Under the pieces are notes generated by a model, which saw only the letters and a program-made list of their open reading frames with translations, had not been told where the DNA came from and did no database searches. Of a DNA stretch of 64,000 nucleotides, positions 50,391 to 60,746 are shown one piece after another. The position numbers and the translations under genes are program-made. Location of the stretch: NCBI GenBank assembly GCA_965226795.1, contig CBDDDZ010000003.1, forward strand, positions 192,001-256,000. Reading direction: 5' to 3'. The DNA comes from Candidatus Latescibacterota bacterium (GTDB taxonomy: Bacteria; Latescibacterota; UBA2968; GCA-2709665). How positions within the stretch are numbered: the first letter of the stretch is position 1; every line of letters starts with the position of its first letter.

Positions 50391-50771
50391 TTTAGCCTGA
50401 TTAATTAATGAATTGTCACGGATTGCAGTTTCCGAAAGCAGAAACAGCTTCCGATTGGATTGAGAAAGTGAATCCCAATGTGCAATACATTCTGGATTCG
50501 GATAGTTTGAAACAGACGAGACCTACCCCCTAACCCCCTTCCTGAGAGGAAGGGGGAACTGTGATCCGCTGATGAATGTCTGGATTGGATGAATGCGTTT
50601 CGATTGATGAAAAAACCCGGGCGAAATATCGTGATTAGTCGGCGAGTTGTGCTTGGTAAAGTGACGAGATGGCGTTCTCCAATCAATCGGAGCTCGTATA
50701 AAACAGTGTTTACGCAACCCTTCGTTCGACTCCCCCTCTCCTCGCAGGAGAGGGGGCCGGGGGGAGAGGTC
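50391..50771 (+). repeat. AT-rich dispersed element with CCCCT..CC...GG..AGGGG palindromes
   Basis: Three blocks shared with 40602-40759; extra palindrome at 50522-50557. Confidence 0.7.
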
Positions 50772-51036
50772 TTTTTTACCGATAATGCAGGTCAGTCTGT
50801 GCACAGGAAGAAAGCGTGACCCCTGCGCCTGGCACCAGCGCGTATCGCTTTTCTCCCATGCGTGCGACCGGATTTTATCTAAAATCGGGATATTTTTTGC
50901 TGGAAGAGTTGGAAATTATGCAAATATAAGATAATTTCTCGATAACGCAATCGGTCCCTGGGGGTCAACATTGACGAACCACGCTATGTGGTTGAACGTT
51001 TGCCCGTGGATTGCAACTCGACAGAAAAGACCTTGA

Positions 51037-51064
51037 TATAATATGACTTTTAAGTCATATTATA
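51037..51064. promoter_or_regulatory. operator-like perfect inverted repeat upstream of a HigBA-type module
   Basis: TATAATATGACTT-tt-AAGTCATATTATA (13-bp arms, contains TATAAT). Confidence 0.7.
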
Positions 51065-51069
51065 GAGCC

Positions 51070-51147
51070 ATGGACTGGGAAGTCAGATTCCATCCGGCGT
51101 TCGACCCGGAATTCGATGCCTTGCCCAACGACGTACAGGAGGTCAAC
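51070..51147 (+). pseudogene. N-terminal stub of a RelE/HigB-like toxin
   Basis: MDWEVRFHPAFDPEFDALPNDVQE matches the start of RelE/HigB-type toxins; the remainder is absent. Confidence 0.65.
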
Positions 51148-51486
51148 ATGACGACACTCACTGAGAAAATTGACAGGCTGCCCGAGGCACGCCGGAAGAA
51201 AGTGGAGGAGCGAGCCAGGGCGCTGATTGCCGAAGAGATGTCGCTGCAGGATCTGCGAAAGGCTCGAAAGTGGACGCAGGTACGCGTAGCGAAGGAACTC
51301 GGGATCAACCAGGAGAACGTATCCCGTATCGAAAAGCGCAGCGATCTGCTGCTATCCACGCTCAGTGGCTACGTGGAAGCGATGGGCGGAACATTGCGCC
51401 TGGTGGTGGAATTCCCGGACCGACCGCCCATCGCGCTGACTGGCATCTCGGCCCTGGACAAGGAGGACTTTCAGACAAAGCCTTAA
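51148..51486 (+). CDS. HigA-like XRE antitoxin
   Basis: AGGAGG RBS; LQDLRKARKWTQ..VA..LGI.Q..VSRIEKRSDLLLSTL..YVEAMGG.L.L..EF. Confidence 0.87.
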   Translation: MTTLTEKIDRLPEARRKKVEERARALIAEEMSLQDLRKARKWTQVRVAKELGINQENVSRIEKRSDLLLSTLSGYVEAMGGTLRLVVEFPDRPPIALTGISALDKEDFQTKP

Positions 51487-51522
51487 AGTTCCCGCGAAAG
51501 GAGTGGACCACTGCCGTCCTCC

Positions 51523-53334
51523 CTACAGCGTAGAAACCGTCGCAGACGGGGGACCCTCATTCGGAGGTCGCCGGTAGTCCACGGCGGTGATCCGATAGAA
51601 AAAAGATCCGGATGCCGTACCCCGATCCACGTACCGCGTGGTGTCCAGAGGGGCCTCGTTCAGCGGCGCGAACGGCCCTTCCGGCCCGGTGGCCCGGTAC
51701 ACAATGTACCCTTTAAGCCCTGTAAGCGCCGTGCCGTCGGCATCGGTTTCCGGACGGCGCCACGAAATCCGCGCGTCCGGTCCACTGCAAACGACTTCGA
51801 GGTGCAGCGGTGCGCCAGGCGCCCACCTGTCGTACGCCTGCATGGATATGCCCAGCATCGCGGCCGTCACGGCAATATGTGCCGGTCCGTCGTGAACTGA
51901 AACCTCCTTTTCGAAGTACGCGGCCATCGATTCCCAGATCTGGTAGTCGTACCCGGCCAGATAGAGAAAACCCCACCCCCTCCAGCCCCGTTCCGCGTCG
52001 TGCTTACCTGGAGGGCCGCCTATGTAGTACCTGAACTCCGGCACCTCCAGGCTCCCGTTCCAGACATGGTGGACAAACGTGTTGGCCATCCTCTCGAGGT
52101 CCTTCGGGGCGAAACCCAGTCCGCTTTTCACGCCCTGCAACGCCACTTGAATATCGATAAAGGCATGCCCGACATCCTCCATCAGTTCGGGCCAGTGGCT
52201 TTCGGGACCGTATTTCCAGGTGTAAGCGTCCGCTTCCGGATCGTACAGCAGTTGATCGTGGAAGAACCGCATCATCTGCTCGCTCTGTTCAGCGTAAAAC
52301 GGTACAAACCCTTCTTTGTACGGCTTGTAGTACGGCGACCTGGTCAAGCGACGGAGCGTTACCAGCGCATCCGTAAACGACAGAAACATATTCAGCGGTT
52401 GGTGCTTCCACCCGGACCATTCGTACACGTGGTATCCTGCGTCCTCGCCATAGCGGCTGTTGTCCTCTACCGTCCACCCCGGGCCCGGCGCCCAGTTGGC
52501 GTACCACTTGGCAATCACGTCCTCTTCCACAACGCGCAGGAAATCATCCGCTTTGGCCCTGTAGGCTGCGTGTAAGGACGGATCCTCCCAGACCAGCTCC
52601 ACAAATGCCAGGATCGGACTGACAATCAACCCATCGTCGGAAAACCATTCGGTGTATTCGGGACTGTACTGGCGGTACCGGTTCTGCCCCCAGCCCCTGT
52701 ATCCGTCCACGTATCGGTGATCGTAGACTTCATAGGGCGGCACGTCAGTGCGGGCTATCAGAATGCGATCGATATGACTTACCAGTTTGTCCAGCCAGAC
52801 GGTTTCTTTGAATGTCCCGTAGAGGTTCAGGTACATCCTCTGCACGTAGGCCGAAGGACCCCAGGCGAACGACCCTCCATCGCGGCCGTCCAGATAATTG
52901 TCCCCGAATGTTTGATCCCACGTCAAAAAAGCCGCGTACCAGTCGGTACTCGTGGGTCCTTCGAACGTTACGGCCGGACGTTTCTTTGCAACGGCGGCGA
53001 TATCCGGCCCGGACGGTGGAGTCTCCGGCTCGCCCGCTTCAGACGCTGACTTATGCGGCTCCCCTTGCAACCTCGGCCCGGGAGAGGCGATCTCGTGCCG
53101 CTTGACGGTAACCCTACCTGACGGAAACGCCACGGCCGCCCACCCCGGCAGGGTCTTCCCAACGGCACATTTCGGCGTCGACGCGAGTACGCCAGGTTTA
53201 TCGACTGCATTGACGTAGGCACCTTGAACGGCGCCCGCGAAAGGGACGTCCATCCACACGAACACAACGGGCAAAAACGCGCAGAGACAGAGACGTAGCG
53301 GAAAGACAATCGGCGTATGTCCGATGTTTACCAT
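51523..53334 (-). CDS. putative secreted protein with aromatic-rich helical core and C-terminal fibronectin type III domain
   Basis: Hydrophobic N-terminus; C-terminal PGAP..L......ISW...GYIVYR...YVD......FYRITAVD....EGPPS. Confidence 0.65.
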   Translation of the reverse strand: MVNIGHTPIVFPLRLCLCAFLPVVFVWMDVPFAGAVQGAYVNAVDKPGVLASTPKCAVGKTLPGWAAVAFPSGRVTVKRHEIASPGPRLQGEPHKSASEAGEPETPPSGPDIAAVAKKRPAVTFEGPTSTDWYAAFLTWDQTFGDNYLDGRDGGSFAWGPSAYVQRMYLNLYGTFKETVWLDKLVSHIDRILIARTDVPPYEVYDHRYVDGYRGWGQNRYRQYSPEYTEWFSDDGLIVSPILAFVELVWEDPSLHAAYRAKADDFLRVVEEDVIAKWYANWAPGPGWTVEDNSRYGEDAGYHVYEWSGWKHQPLNMFLSFTDALVTLRRLTRSPYYKPYKEGFVPFYAEQSEQMMRFFHDQLLYDPEADAYTWKYGPESHWPELMEDVGHAFIDIQVALQGVKSGLGFAPKDLERMANTFVHHVWNGSLEVPEFRYYIGGPPGKHDAERGWRGWGFLYLAGYDYQIWESMAAYFEKEVSVHDGPAHIAVTAAMLGISMQAYDRWAPGAPLHLEVVCSGPDARISWRRPETDADGTALTGLKGYIVYRATGPEGPFAPLNEAPLDTTRYVDRGTASGSFFYRITAVDYRRPPNEGPPSATVSTL

Positions 53335-53471
53335 CGGACGATACCTCGCGCAATGTACATCGGTCGGTCGTCCTTCATAAGATGACCCGCCCGGATGGAT
53401 AAAGCCTGTACATCGTGAATAATGACACTGCCCGCTTAACGTCAGTTTCGCGACGACTTCCCCGACCTCGA

Positions 53472-54554
53472 CTACGGTCTGTATATCAGGATATGATCCG
53501 TTGCCTCGAGGTCCTTCAATCCACCAACAATCAGCACACGGCCGTCGCGAAGGAGCGTTGTCGTATATAACGCGCGGTTTTCATCTATGCTGTCTCCGGT
53601 AGGACCAAACGCGCCGGTGGCCGGATCGTAAAGAACGACCTCGCCGCTATGTCCGATGATAAACACGCTGCCCGATGGTAGCAGAGTAGCCGCGCGAATC
53701 GGTTCGATTCCGGGGTCCCCTTCGGATGAAAACGTCCCCGTCGCGGGGTCATATCGCTCGGCGGCCGTTACCGACGCTTCAGACCCCTCATCGCCTGTGC
53801 TCCCGCCAATGATCAACACGCTGCCGTCCGGAAGAAGAATCGCTCGGTGTCCTCGCCGTTCGTATTTAAGGTCGCCTGTGGGGGTAAGCGTATTGGACGA
53901 CGGATCGTAGATTTCGGATTCTTTGACCATGCCCTCTGCATTGCCGCCGCCGACAATGAGTACCCGCCCATCCCGCAACAGAGTCGCCGTATGTCCTGCG
54001 CGAACAACAACCGTCTCCGGAAGTGACGTGAAGTTCCCCGTGTTCGGGTCGAAGATGGCGACGCCCAATGAAGAATAGGTGAGGATCTTCCCATTGGGCA
54101 GTAACGTCATCGACGAGATTATCGCAAATGCGGGATCAAAGGGTGCTGCCGTGAACCGCCCGGTATTCGGATTGAAAAATTCCAGCGGGGCCTGTTGAGC
54201 GCCTGCGAATAGCACCCAGCCGTCCGGCAGCAGTATTCCCATGTCGCGTGTTCGAGCAGAGGACATGTTGCCCCCTCTGCTCGAGGTCCCCGTTGCCGGA
54301 TCGAATATTTCCGTGCTGGCACGAAACATGGACGAAGGCGCATAACCCGGGCTCTCCGTTGCGGCGCCGCCCGTGATCAAAACCTTGCCGTCCTGCAACA
54401 ATACCGACGCGTGCCAGAATCGCCTTTCCGTCATTTTTCCGGCGACTTCAAAACCCTTCAGATCGCTCGAGACCTCCGGGGACGTCGGCACGGTTCCGCC
54501 GCAACCCATAAGGCTCGAGACGATTAACAACGCGGATACCATTCTAACGGACAT
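53472..54554 (-). CDS. Kelch-repeat lipoprotein, paralog 2
   Basis: Lipobox LMGC; HTATLLRDGRVLIVGG...EIYDP repeats. Confidence 0.85.
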   Translation of the reverse strand: MSVRMVSALLIVSSLMGCGGTVPTSPEVSSDLKGFEVAGKMTERRFWHASVLLQDGKVLITGGAATESPGYAPSSMFRASTEIFDPATGTSSRGGNMSSARTRDMGILLPDGWVLFAGAQQAPLEFFNPNTGRFTAAPFDPAFAIISSMTLLPNGKILTYSSLGVAIFDPNTGNFTSLPETVVVRAGHTATLLRDGRVLIVGGGNAEGMVKESEIYDPSSNTLTPTGDLKYERRGHRAILLPDGSVLIIGGSTGDEGSEASVTAAERYDPATGTFSSEGDPGIEPIRAATLLPSGSVFIIGHSGEVVLYDPATGAFGPTGDSIDENRALYTTTLLRDGRVLIVGGLKDLEATDHILIYRP

Positions 54555-54589
54555 TTGGTGTCCTTCCCCGGCGCAGGGCGAATTTGCTG

Positions 54590-56563
54590 TCACGATTTAT
54601 TTTGTTCCTGACTGGCCGCCCGCTCCCGCACCATTTCGTACCCCTCAAACAGATCCCGCGCCACCGTCCCCTGCGCCTGGCGAGGCGGCTCGGCCCCCAG
54701 GATCCGGCAGAAAGTCGGCACGACGTCGGCGGCGTGGATGTATCCCAGTTTGTCCACCGGCCGCTCGTAGCCTCGCTTCACGCCCGGCCCGGCCAGCAAC
54801 CACGAACCAAAGCTGGACGAGGCCTCACTTTGGGTCGGCAAAAAACCCCCGTGGTGCGCCCCGAACACATTGGGCGCTCCAACGCAGCCCCCGCCCGCAA
54901 TGCCCCGCCACTGGCCGTAGTACCCGCTCACGTACCCGTGGTCCCAGGTAAAGACCACGTCTCCGCATTGGTCTCCCCACTGCCCGAGGATGTACGCGTC
55001 CCGCCGAGGCAGGGCTACGGCCACTGGATTGCGGCCCACTTCCCGGTCAACCCACGTTCGCAGGGCCAGCAGCAACTCGGCCTCAATCCGGTCGAATTCC
55101 GGTCCCGGCCCGGCGTTGATAAAAATGTCGAACCCCTTGTCGTCCTTGAGATAGGCCCGGGTGCGTTCCCAGTCGATATCCTCCTCGCGCACCTGATCTC
55201 GCACCAGCCCCTCTTCCCCGCCGCCTTTGAGCGCCAGAAAGCCCTGCTCGTGCAAAAATTGCCGGATATTGGCCACCCGCACATCGGGCGAGCACCCATG
55301 GTCGGACACCACGCCCACGTACGTATGCTCGTCCGCGTCCTCCCACAGCCGTCCCAAAATGCGGTCCCCCACCTGATAAGCCCGCCGAAAGTAGTCCACG
55401 TACTGTTCGGCGCGCTCAGCTTCGTACCCAGGGCACACAGGGTCCACGTCCCCGAGGTGGATGTGGTTGAGGTAATCGTATAGATGCCAATGGCAGATAA
55501 AAAAGGAACAGCCCCGCTCGTGCAGCATGTGGCGGGCGACCTCGGCAAACCACATTCCCTGGTACTCGCATTCGTCCAGGGCCGTGTCAAAATCGGCCAT
55601 CCCTGTGGTATAGGGCAACATGGAGGCGTGTTCCTGATACGGGCCGAAGCGGTCCACCAGTTCCCCGGCCAACTCGTCGGGCACAGTGAAGCCATCGGTA
55701 TAAGTCACCTGGGTGCGGTAGAGCTTGAGTCGGCTGCCGTCCGCGGCCAGGTCCATCAGCTTGAAGCGCAGCGACGCCGGGCGTTTGTTCCCGTCGATGG
55801 CAAAGTCCTCCACCGCCCACTCGCTCCATTCCCCCACTCCGGCAACAGCGATGCAACTGGCCCCGTCCCGGTCCCGGCACACCAGCACCCGGTCGTAGCC
55901 CCTCCCGGCACTGTCCACCACCAGCAAGTAGAACGCGGAGACATCCCCTCCCAACCGGGCTACCACCTCAAGGCAACTCTCCAGCGGCGGGGCCATGCTC
56001 CCGGGCAGGTTCCGCCAATCCTGAGCCGGTGTCAGCGGTGGAATCGGCTCGACGCTGCGCTGGGCCTGCCGCACCGCCGTGCCATCGTGGTCCATCTCGA
56101 TGGCTTCCTCCAGCGCAGCGTCCGTGGTATAGGCCTGGCAGGTAGCTACTTCAAAATCCGTGCTGCAGTGTCCGGGATGGCCAAAGCCGTCCACGACAAA
56201 GCCCGTTTCCACCCCGGAAGGATGGGCGGCCGGATAGTGTACGGCTACGCTCTGCATGCCCGCCCGCTCCAGGGCATTCCATATGCGCTCGGCATTGTTG
56301 GCCCGCCCGTCGAAACTGTCGATCCGCTGGCCCGGCGCGACTTCCACACGCCAGCGCGTCACCCCGTGCGTGCCCGTGTGCGCCCCCGTCGAAAGGGTGG
56401 CCCAGTTAGTCGGGGTCCACACCGGGAAAGAGGGCAGGGTCTGGTTGACCGCACCCTCGCGCAGCAGGCGCTCGAAGTGAGGCAAGGCTCCTTCCGCGGC
56501 GAATCGCTTCATCATCGGGACGATAAAGCCGTCCATGCCAAAGGCGTAAATTTTGTGTTCCAA
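54590..56563 (-). CDS. alkaline phosphatase superfamily nucleotide pyrophosphatase/phosphodiesterase
   Basis: FGMDG, TPTNWATLSTGA..GTHG, D..NH, VSDHG, DVVPT. Confidence 0.82.
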   Translation of the reverse strand: MEHKIYAFGMDGFIVPMMKRFAAEGALPHFERLLREGAVNQTLPSFPVWTPTNWATLSTGAHTGTHGVTRWRVEVAPGQRIDSFDGRANNAERIWNALERAGMQSVAVHYPAAHPSGVETGFVVDGFGHPGHCSTDFEVATCQAYTTDAALEEAIEMDHDGTAVRQAQRSVEPIPPLTPAQDWRNLPGSMAPPLESCLEVVARLGGDVSAFYLLVVDSAGRGYDRVLVCRDRDGASCIAVAGVGEWSEWAVEDFAIDGNKRPASLRFKLMDLAADGSRLKLYRTQVTYTDGFTVPDELAGELVDRFGPYQEHASMLPYTTGMADFDTALDECEYQGMWFAEVARHMLHERGCSFFICHWHLYDYLNHIHLGDVDPVCPGYEAERAEQYVDYFRRAYQVGDRILGRLWEDADEHTYVGVVSDHGCSPDVRVANIRQFLHEQGFLALKGGGEEGLVRDQVREEDIDWERTRAYLKDDKGFDIFINAGPGPEFDRIEAELLLALRTWVDREVGRNPVAVALPRRDAYILGQWGDQCGDVVFTWDHGYVSGYYGQWRGIAGGGCVGAPNVFGAHHGGFLPTQSEASSSFGSWLLAGPGVKRGYERPVDKLGYIHAADVVPTFCRILGAEPPRQAQGTVARDLFEGYEMVRERAASQEQNKS

Positions 56564-56723
56564 ATCTCCTCGTCCGGCAAAGAGTCGTTGGATGTTCAGA
56601 CAGTTAGCGGGATTTCCCCTCAGACACCAGCCGGATCGCCGCCATCTCTTGTCGCGGGGTCATCCGCTTATTGGCGAGTCTCCGCGCCCGGGATGGCATC
56701 GGGAAGACGTTCAGGGCAAGACC

Positions 56724-59700
56724 CTACTGCGCGAGGATAAAACTGGCCTTTTTCCGGGCCATTTCACCGCTCTTCATATCGATAACGGTTACGTTCAGGG
56801 CGTACTTGCCCGCGGGGCGGTTCTCCAGTTTGAGTTCCACGTACTCGACTTCCTGGGTGTCCACACCCTCCAGCTCGTAGGTAACTTCCAGTTCTTCCCG
56901 TTTGCCTTTCCTCCACCGGGTCAGGCTGGAGATGATACCGAGTGCGCCGTGTTTGTCATCTGACGTGACAGTGTAGGACACCTGGTAGTTCGTATGCCCG
57001 AATTCGTCCTGCGTCAGGTTGTAGATTTCGTAATAGACGAATACATTCTGTCCTACTCTGTACGTCCGCGTCGGCATCGGTATTACCCACAGCCTGCCTT
57101 TGTTGAACTTATCCTCGTTCTCGCTCCTGGAAATCCGCCATGCCATTTCCAGGTCGCTCATCTGGAGGCTCTTACGGTCATAGGACTCGATCTCAACGTC
57201 CTGCCGATACCGCCCGTGTTGTGCGGAAAGGTGATCTTTTATTTTAACTTCCATCCGGTAGAGCCCGGGGGGCACGTCCATGCGCGCGAGGTCCGGCACG
57301 AACGCGCTCCGTTCCCCGGTCACGTCCCCTTTCGCCGCAAAGTGTATCTTTTCCTCGCTCCGGTAGACCGCTCCGGTTGTCGGATTCCGCAGCGCCACGG
57401 TCCGGTCGACCTTTATCTCCGTCCGGTTGTCTTCGTCCAGATAGTGTCCCTGGTGACGCGGTATCCCCACGTAGACTTCAAGCGCCGTTGCGTAATCCCT
57501 TTTGCTTTTGAAATCAGCCGAGGCGAAATAGAATTCCATTGGCGACGTGTTTTTCGGCGGCACGTAGTAGTTCGGCTGTGCCGCGACGGCCATGCCGTAG
57601 ACGTTTTCCGGGCTGTAGCGGGTAAACATAGCCAGCCGGCGGGCGGGAATACCGGCATCCAGCGGTGCAGGCGCATAGTTGAAGGTACCGTTGTGGAATT
57701 CGTCGGTGAAGGTAATCTCGATTCCGCCACCTACGTTGACGTAAGTCCACGTCTCCCACGGGACCATCGAGCCGTCGTACCCCGCGGTGACCGGTCTGTA
57801 GGCCGCCCCTCTTCCCCTACCGCGCAGGCTGCGCACCGGGTAGACCGGACCCATATACGTTGCGCCGGCGCCACGCAGGCCGGCTCCGCTACGCGGCGAG
57901 CGGGGAGCCCCGTACAGCGCCATGGAAAGGCGTTCCTTTACCCGCTGAACCGCGAGGGATTGCTGGAAGTTCATGTTGTCAGAACTGGCCCGGTGGTTGG
58001 GCTCGCCGAACCGGATGTAGACTTCGCCGCGCTGGTCCCAGGGCTGCTTGCCTTCTGAGAAATTCTGCAAGGCGAACGACACGCGCCGATAATGCTCCAG
58101 GAGGCGTTCGTTGGCGGCCGTGGTCAGGTCCGGGTCCTGTTCCGACCAGAACCTTTCCACAAACGCGGGTCTGTCGGTCGCCGGGGTCTCGTCATATGCC
58201 GCGAGAGCCTCGGAAGATGCGATCAGCCGGATATCGTCGTAGTGCACCCGCTCGGCCTCATCGGCCCCCTCGAGATAGTCTCTGAAAAAGGCGGCGGCCC
58301 TGTCGTAGGCCTCAAGCTTCATGCAGGCCTGTGCGAGAATCGGCAGGACCTGGTCGTCTTCCGGATTCTGCACGGCGTAGTCCTCCAATACCTCCAGGAT
58401 ACGGCCGTAGTCCTTCGTTCTCAGGTAGATCGCTCCCAGCCGCTTCCGTCCCTCCGGGTCGTCGGGTCGCAGGCCCATATATTGAGCATAGTAGAGCGCG
58501 GCTTTTTCGTAGTCTTTCTCGAATTCCTCGACCCATTTCCCCATCAGCAGATAGGCGGGGGCATAGCGGGGGTCTATTGCCAGCACTTTTTTGATTTCCC
58601 TTCGCACGTCGTGTTCTTCCAGTTCGTGCCGTATATCGGCAATATTGAATCGGGCTTCCACGTGGTCCCGTTTGTACTGAAGGGCCTTCTGGAAATAGCG
58701 GATGGCGTCGTACGATCCTCTGGGCCATTTGCGATAGGTGAGACCCAGCCCGTAGTAGGCTTCAGCCAGTCTATGGTCGCATTCGATCGCGCGTTCGAAG
58801 GCTTTAATGGCGCGGACCAGCCTCCCGACCTCCAGGTAGGCGAACCCGAGCCTGCTGTGCGCGCGGGCGTAATCTTGCGCCACGCCGGCCAGAATTTCCA
58901 GGGTAGAGATCGCTCTGAGCGGCTCATGTGGGGTGAGTTCAATGCCGAGGGCGAGGAGGGAGTCGATCTGCGTCCTTCCCACGCGCCGGTCGACGGTACG
59001 GTAGCCCGCGCCGCTGCGGACGGATTCAACCAGGTAACCGTCGTGAAAGAAGCTGGTGGCAACGGCTTCGCCGCCCTCGGCTTCCGGACGGTATCCGTGC
59101 GCATAGCTGATCCGGCGGCCTTTTTCAGGATCCGCCGCTGAGCGAAACAGCGTTTTCATGACAATCGAGTCCGCCGGCGTCAGCGGTTGGGTTTCAATCC
59201 AGTTTTTGAGGGTCGCCAGGTCGGACGGCCGCTGGTTTTCATGGGCCCGTTCATAGGCGTAAACGAGGTCTCCGATAACGGTCAGATGGTCCCGGCAGAC
59301 CCAGCGTGCGCCGGGCGTTTTTTCGGCTTTCCTGGCCGTTGCGGCCAGGGCCTTTGCATAGGACAGGACTGGCTCCTCGTAGAGCCCGTGCTTATTTAAT
59401 CGTAGAGGCAGGGCCTCCCATTTCCGGGCGGCCTTAAGGTAACGGTCCACCGCCGAGCGGAATTCCCAGCGGTGCACGGTGTTGTACGCCAGGGCCGAGG
59501 CGTTGAACGCGGTCGCAACGCTCCACAGCACCGCCCTGGCCGGCGGACTCGGGGCCGGCGGGCTTCCGGCCTCGGCATCCGGCGGCGTTCCCGGTTCCAC
59601 GTCGACGGTGTCGGACAATCGTACGATGGAGCCATTGCGGATCGAGACTTCCCAGACATGGGATGGGACCAGCGGTACGGATCGTTCCGGCACCATGGTA

Positions 59701-60029
59701 AGACTATGCAACGGGACTCTTAAGGGCGTGTCCCGATAGCGAAGTCGTTCCCCGCGTGCAACCCACGCCAGCCGCCCGGGGCGCCCTGGAAAGGTGCCGA
59801 GATGGCGAGGCGGGCTTCCCCCGGTTTCGACCCAGATTTCGGTAATGGCAGAGGAACCCGTTTCCAGCCCGATAGCCCACGCGGTATTCCCTTCGCTGGA
59901 AGTAGATATCGCGGTCTGACGAATTTCCGCATTGAGATCCGTAAGTGCAAAAACCGCGGAAATAATCACGGCCGAAAACATCATCAAGGACCGCCGTTTC
60001 ACACGCACAAATCCGCCAACTGGTCGCAT
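56724..60029 (-). CDS. secreted TPR-repeat GWxTD-domain protein with an extra N-terminal region
   Basis: Signal-like N-terminus, multiple TPRs, FW...DPDLTT..NERLLEHYRRV.FA..NF....WDQRGEVYIRFGEP, WETWTY, C-terminal Ig-like domains; start codon uncertain. Confidence 0.82.
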   Translation of the reverse strand: MRPVGGFVRVKRRSLMMFSAVIISAVFALTDLNAEIRQTAISTSSEGNTAWAIGLETGSSAITEIWVETGGSPPRHLGTFPGRPGRLAWVARGERLRYRDTPLRVPLHSLTMVPERSVPLVPSHVWEVSIRNGSIVRLSDTVDVEPGTPPDAEAGSPPAPSPPARAVLWSVATAFNASALAYNTVHRWEFRSAVDRYLKAARKWEALPLRLNKHGLYEEPVLSYAKALAATARKAEKTPGARWVCRDHLTVIGDLVYAYERAHENQRPSDLATLKNWIETQPLTPADSIVMKTLFRSAADPEKGRRISYAHGYRPEAEGGEAVATSFFHDGYLVESVRSGAGYRTVDRRVGRTQIDSLLALGIELTPHEPLRAISTLEILAGVAQDYARAHSRLGFAYLEVGRLVRAIKAFERAIECDHRLAEAYYGLGLTYRKWPRGSYDAIRYFQKALQYKRDHVEARFNIADIRHELEEHDVRREIKKVLAIDPRYAPAYLLMGKWVEEFEKDYEKAALYYAQYMGLRPDDPEGRKRLGAIYLRTKDYGRILEVLEDYAVQNPEDDQVLPILAQACMKLEAYDRAAAFFRDYLEGADEAERVHYDDIRLIASSEALAAYDETPATDRPAFVERFWSEQDPDLTTAANERLLEHYRRVSFALQNFSEGKQPWDQRGEVYIRFGEPNHRASSDNMNFQQSLAVQRVKERLSMALYGAPRSPRSGAGLRGAGATYMGPVYPVRSLRGRGRGAAYRPVTAGYDGSMVPWETWTYVNVGGGIEITFTDEFHNGTFNYAPAPLDAGIPARRLAMFTRYSPENVYGMAVAAQPNYYVPPKNTSPMEFYFASADFKSKRDYATALEVYVGIPRHQGHYLDEDNRTEIKVDRTVALRNPTTGAVYRSEEKIHFAAKGDVTGERSAFVPDLARMDVPPGLYRMEVKIKDHLSAQHGRYRQDVEIESYDRKSLQMSDLEMAWRISRSENEDKFNKGRLWVIPMPTRTYRVGQNVFVYYEIYNLTQDEFGHTNYQVSYTVTSDDKHGALGIISSLTRWRKGKREELEVTYELEGVDTQEVEYVELKLENRPAGKYALNVTVIDMKSGEMARKKASFILAQ

Positions 60030-60228
60030 TTCGTCTATCCTTTTCCGGCAAATAGCGATCGAACGCCGACTCTTGTTCCAGGCCGGGAAGACGTCTCCTC
60101 CTCCTATTCCGTCGTCTCGCCACACCTCCGTTCCGATTCAGCAAGATATGCGATTTTGTGCGACAGAGCAAAGGCTTTGCGAATAAACTACCGGTGTTCT
60201 ATCGGAATTGGTAGGGGTTCGCAGCGCG

Positions 60229-60603
60229 TGTCATTCTGAGCGCAGCCGAAGCGGGAGCGGTTGTGCTGCATTTCAGGTCGGACCGAATGCCAGACGCTCT
60301 GGCATGATCCCATGCCGCAGGAGATGCTTCGTCGGCCTGGCGCCCTCCTCAGCATGACATTCGGGGCCAACGAATGGCGGATGCATTACCCTGATTGTTA
60401 TTAGATAACATGTCATTCTGAGCGCAGTCGAAGAATCTCCCGAAACGAGGTCATTGCCTGCGATGCTTGTGCTGAGCCTGTCGAAGCAAGCTTGTCGAAA
60501 TGTGTACGCTGAGCCTGTCGAAGCGCCCGCGTTTCGCTACCCTTCGACTGCCTTTCACCGACCCTTCGACCCTTCGACAGGCTCAGGGACCGCAAGCTCA
60601 GGG
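60229..60603. repeat. cluster of TGTCATTCTGAG...CTCAGCATGACA and CTGAGCCTGTCGAAG/CCTTCGACAGGCTCAG palindromic repeats
   Basis: Multiple units, shared with 26490-26835 and 49475-49623. Confidence 0.75.
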
Positions 60604-60746
60604 TGCAGGCGCTCAACTGTGGATGCCCCGAGCGATGTACATCTCATCTCTACCTATCTCCATCAATCCCTCCAGGTCACAAATTCACATCAATTACAGT
60701 CTCTTCATGCGGTTTAATCACAGTTCTTCACCATAATCATAGTAAA

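Noticed and set aside
50280..50400. Possible toxin remnant upstream of the XRE gene
   Set aside because: No convincing RelE/HigB motif in the frames examined.
60229..60603. Possible CRISPR array in the repeat clusters (also 26490-26835)
   Set aside because: Units are irregularly spaced, mixed in orientation and degenerate; no cas genes.
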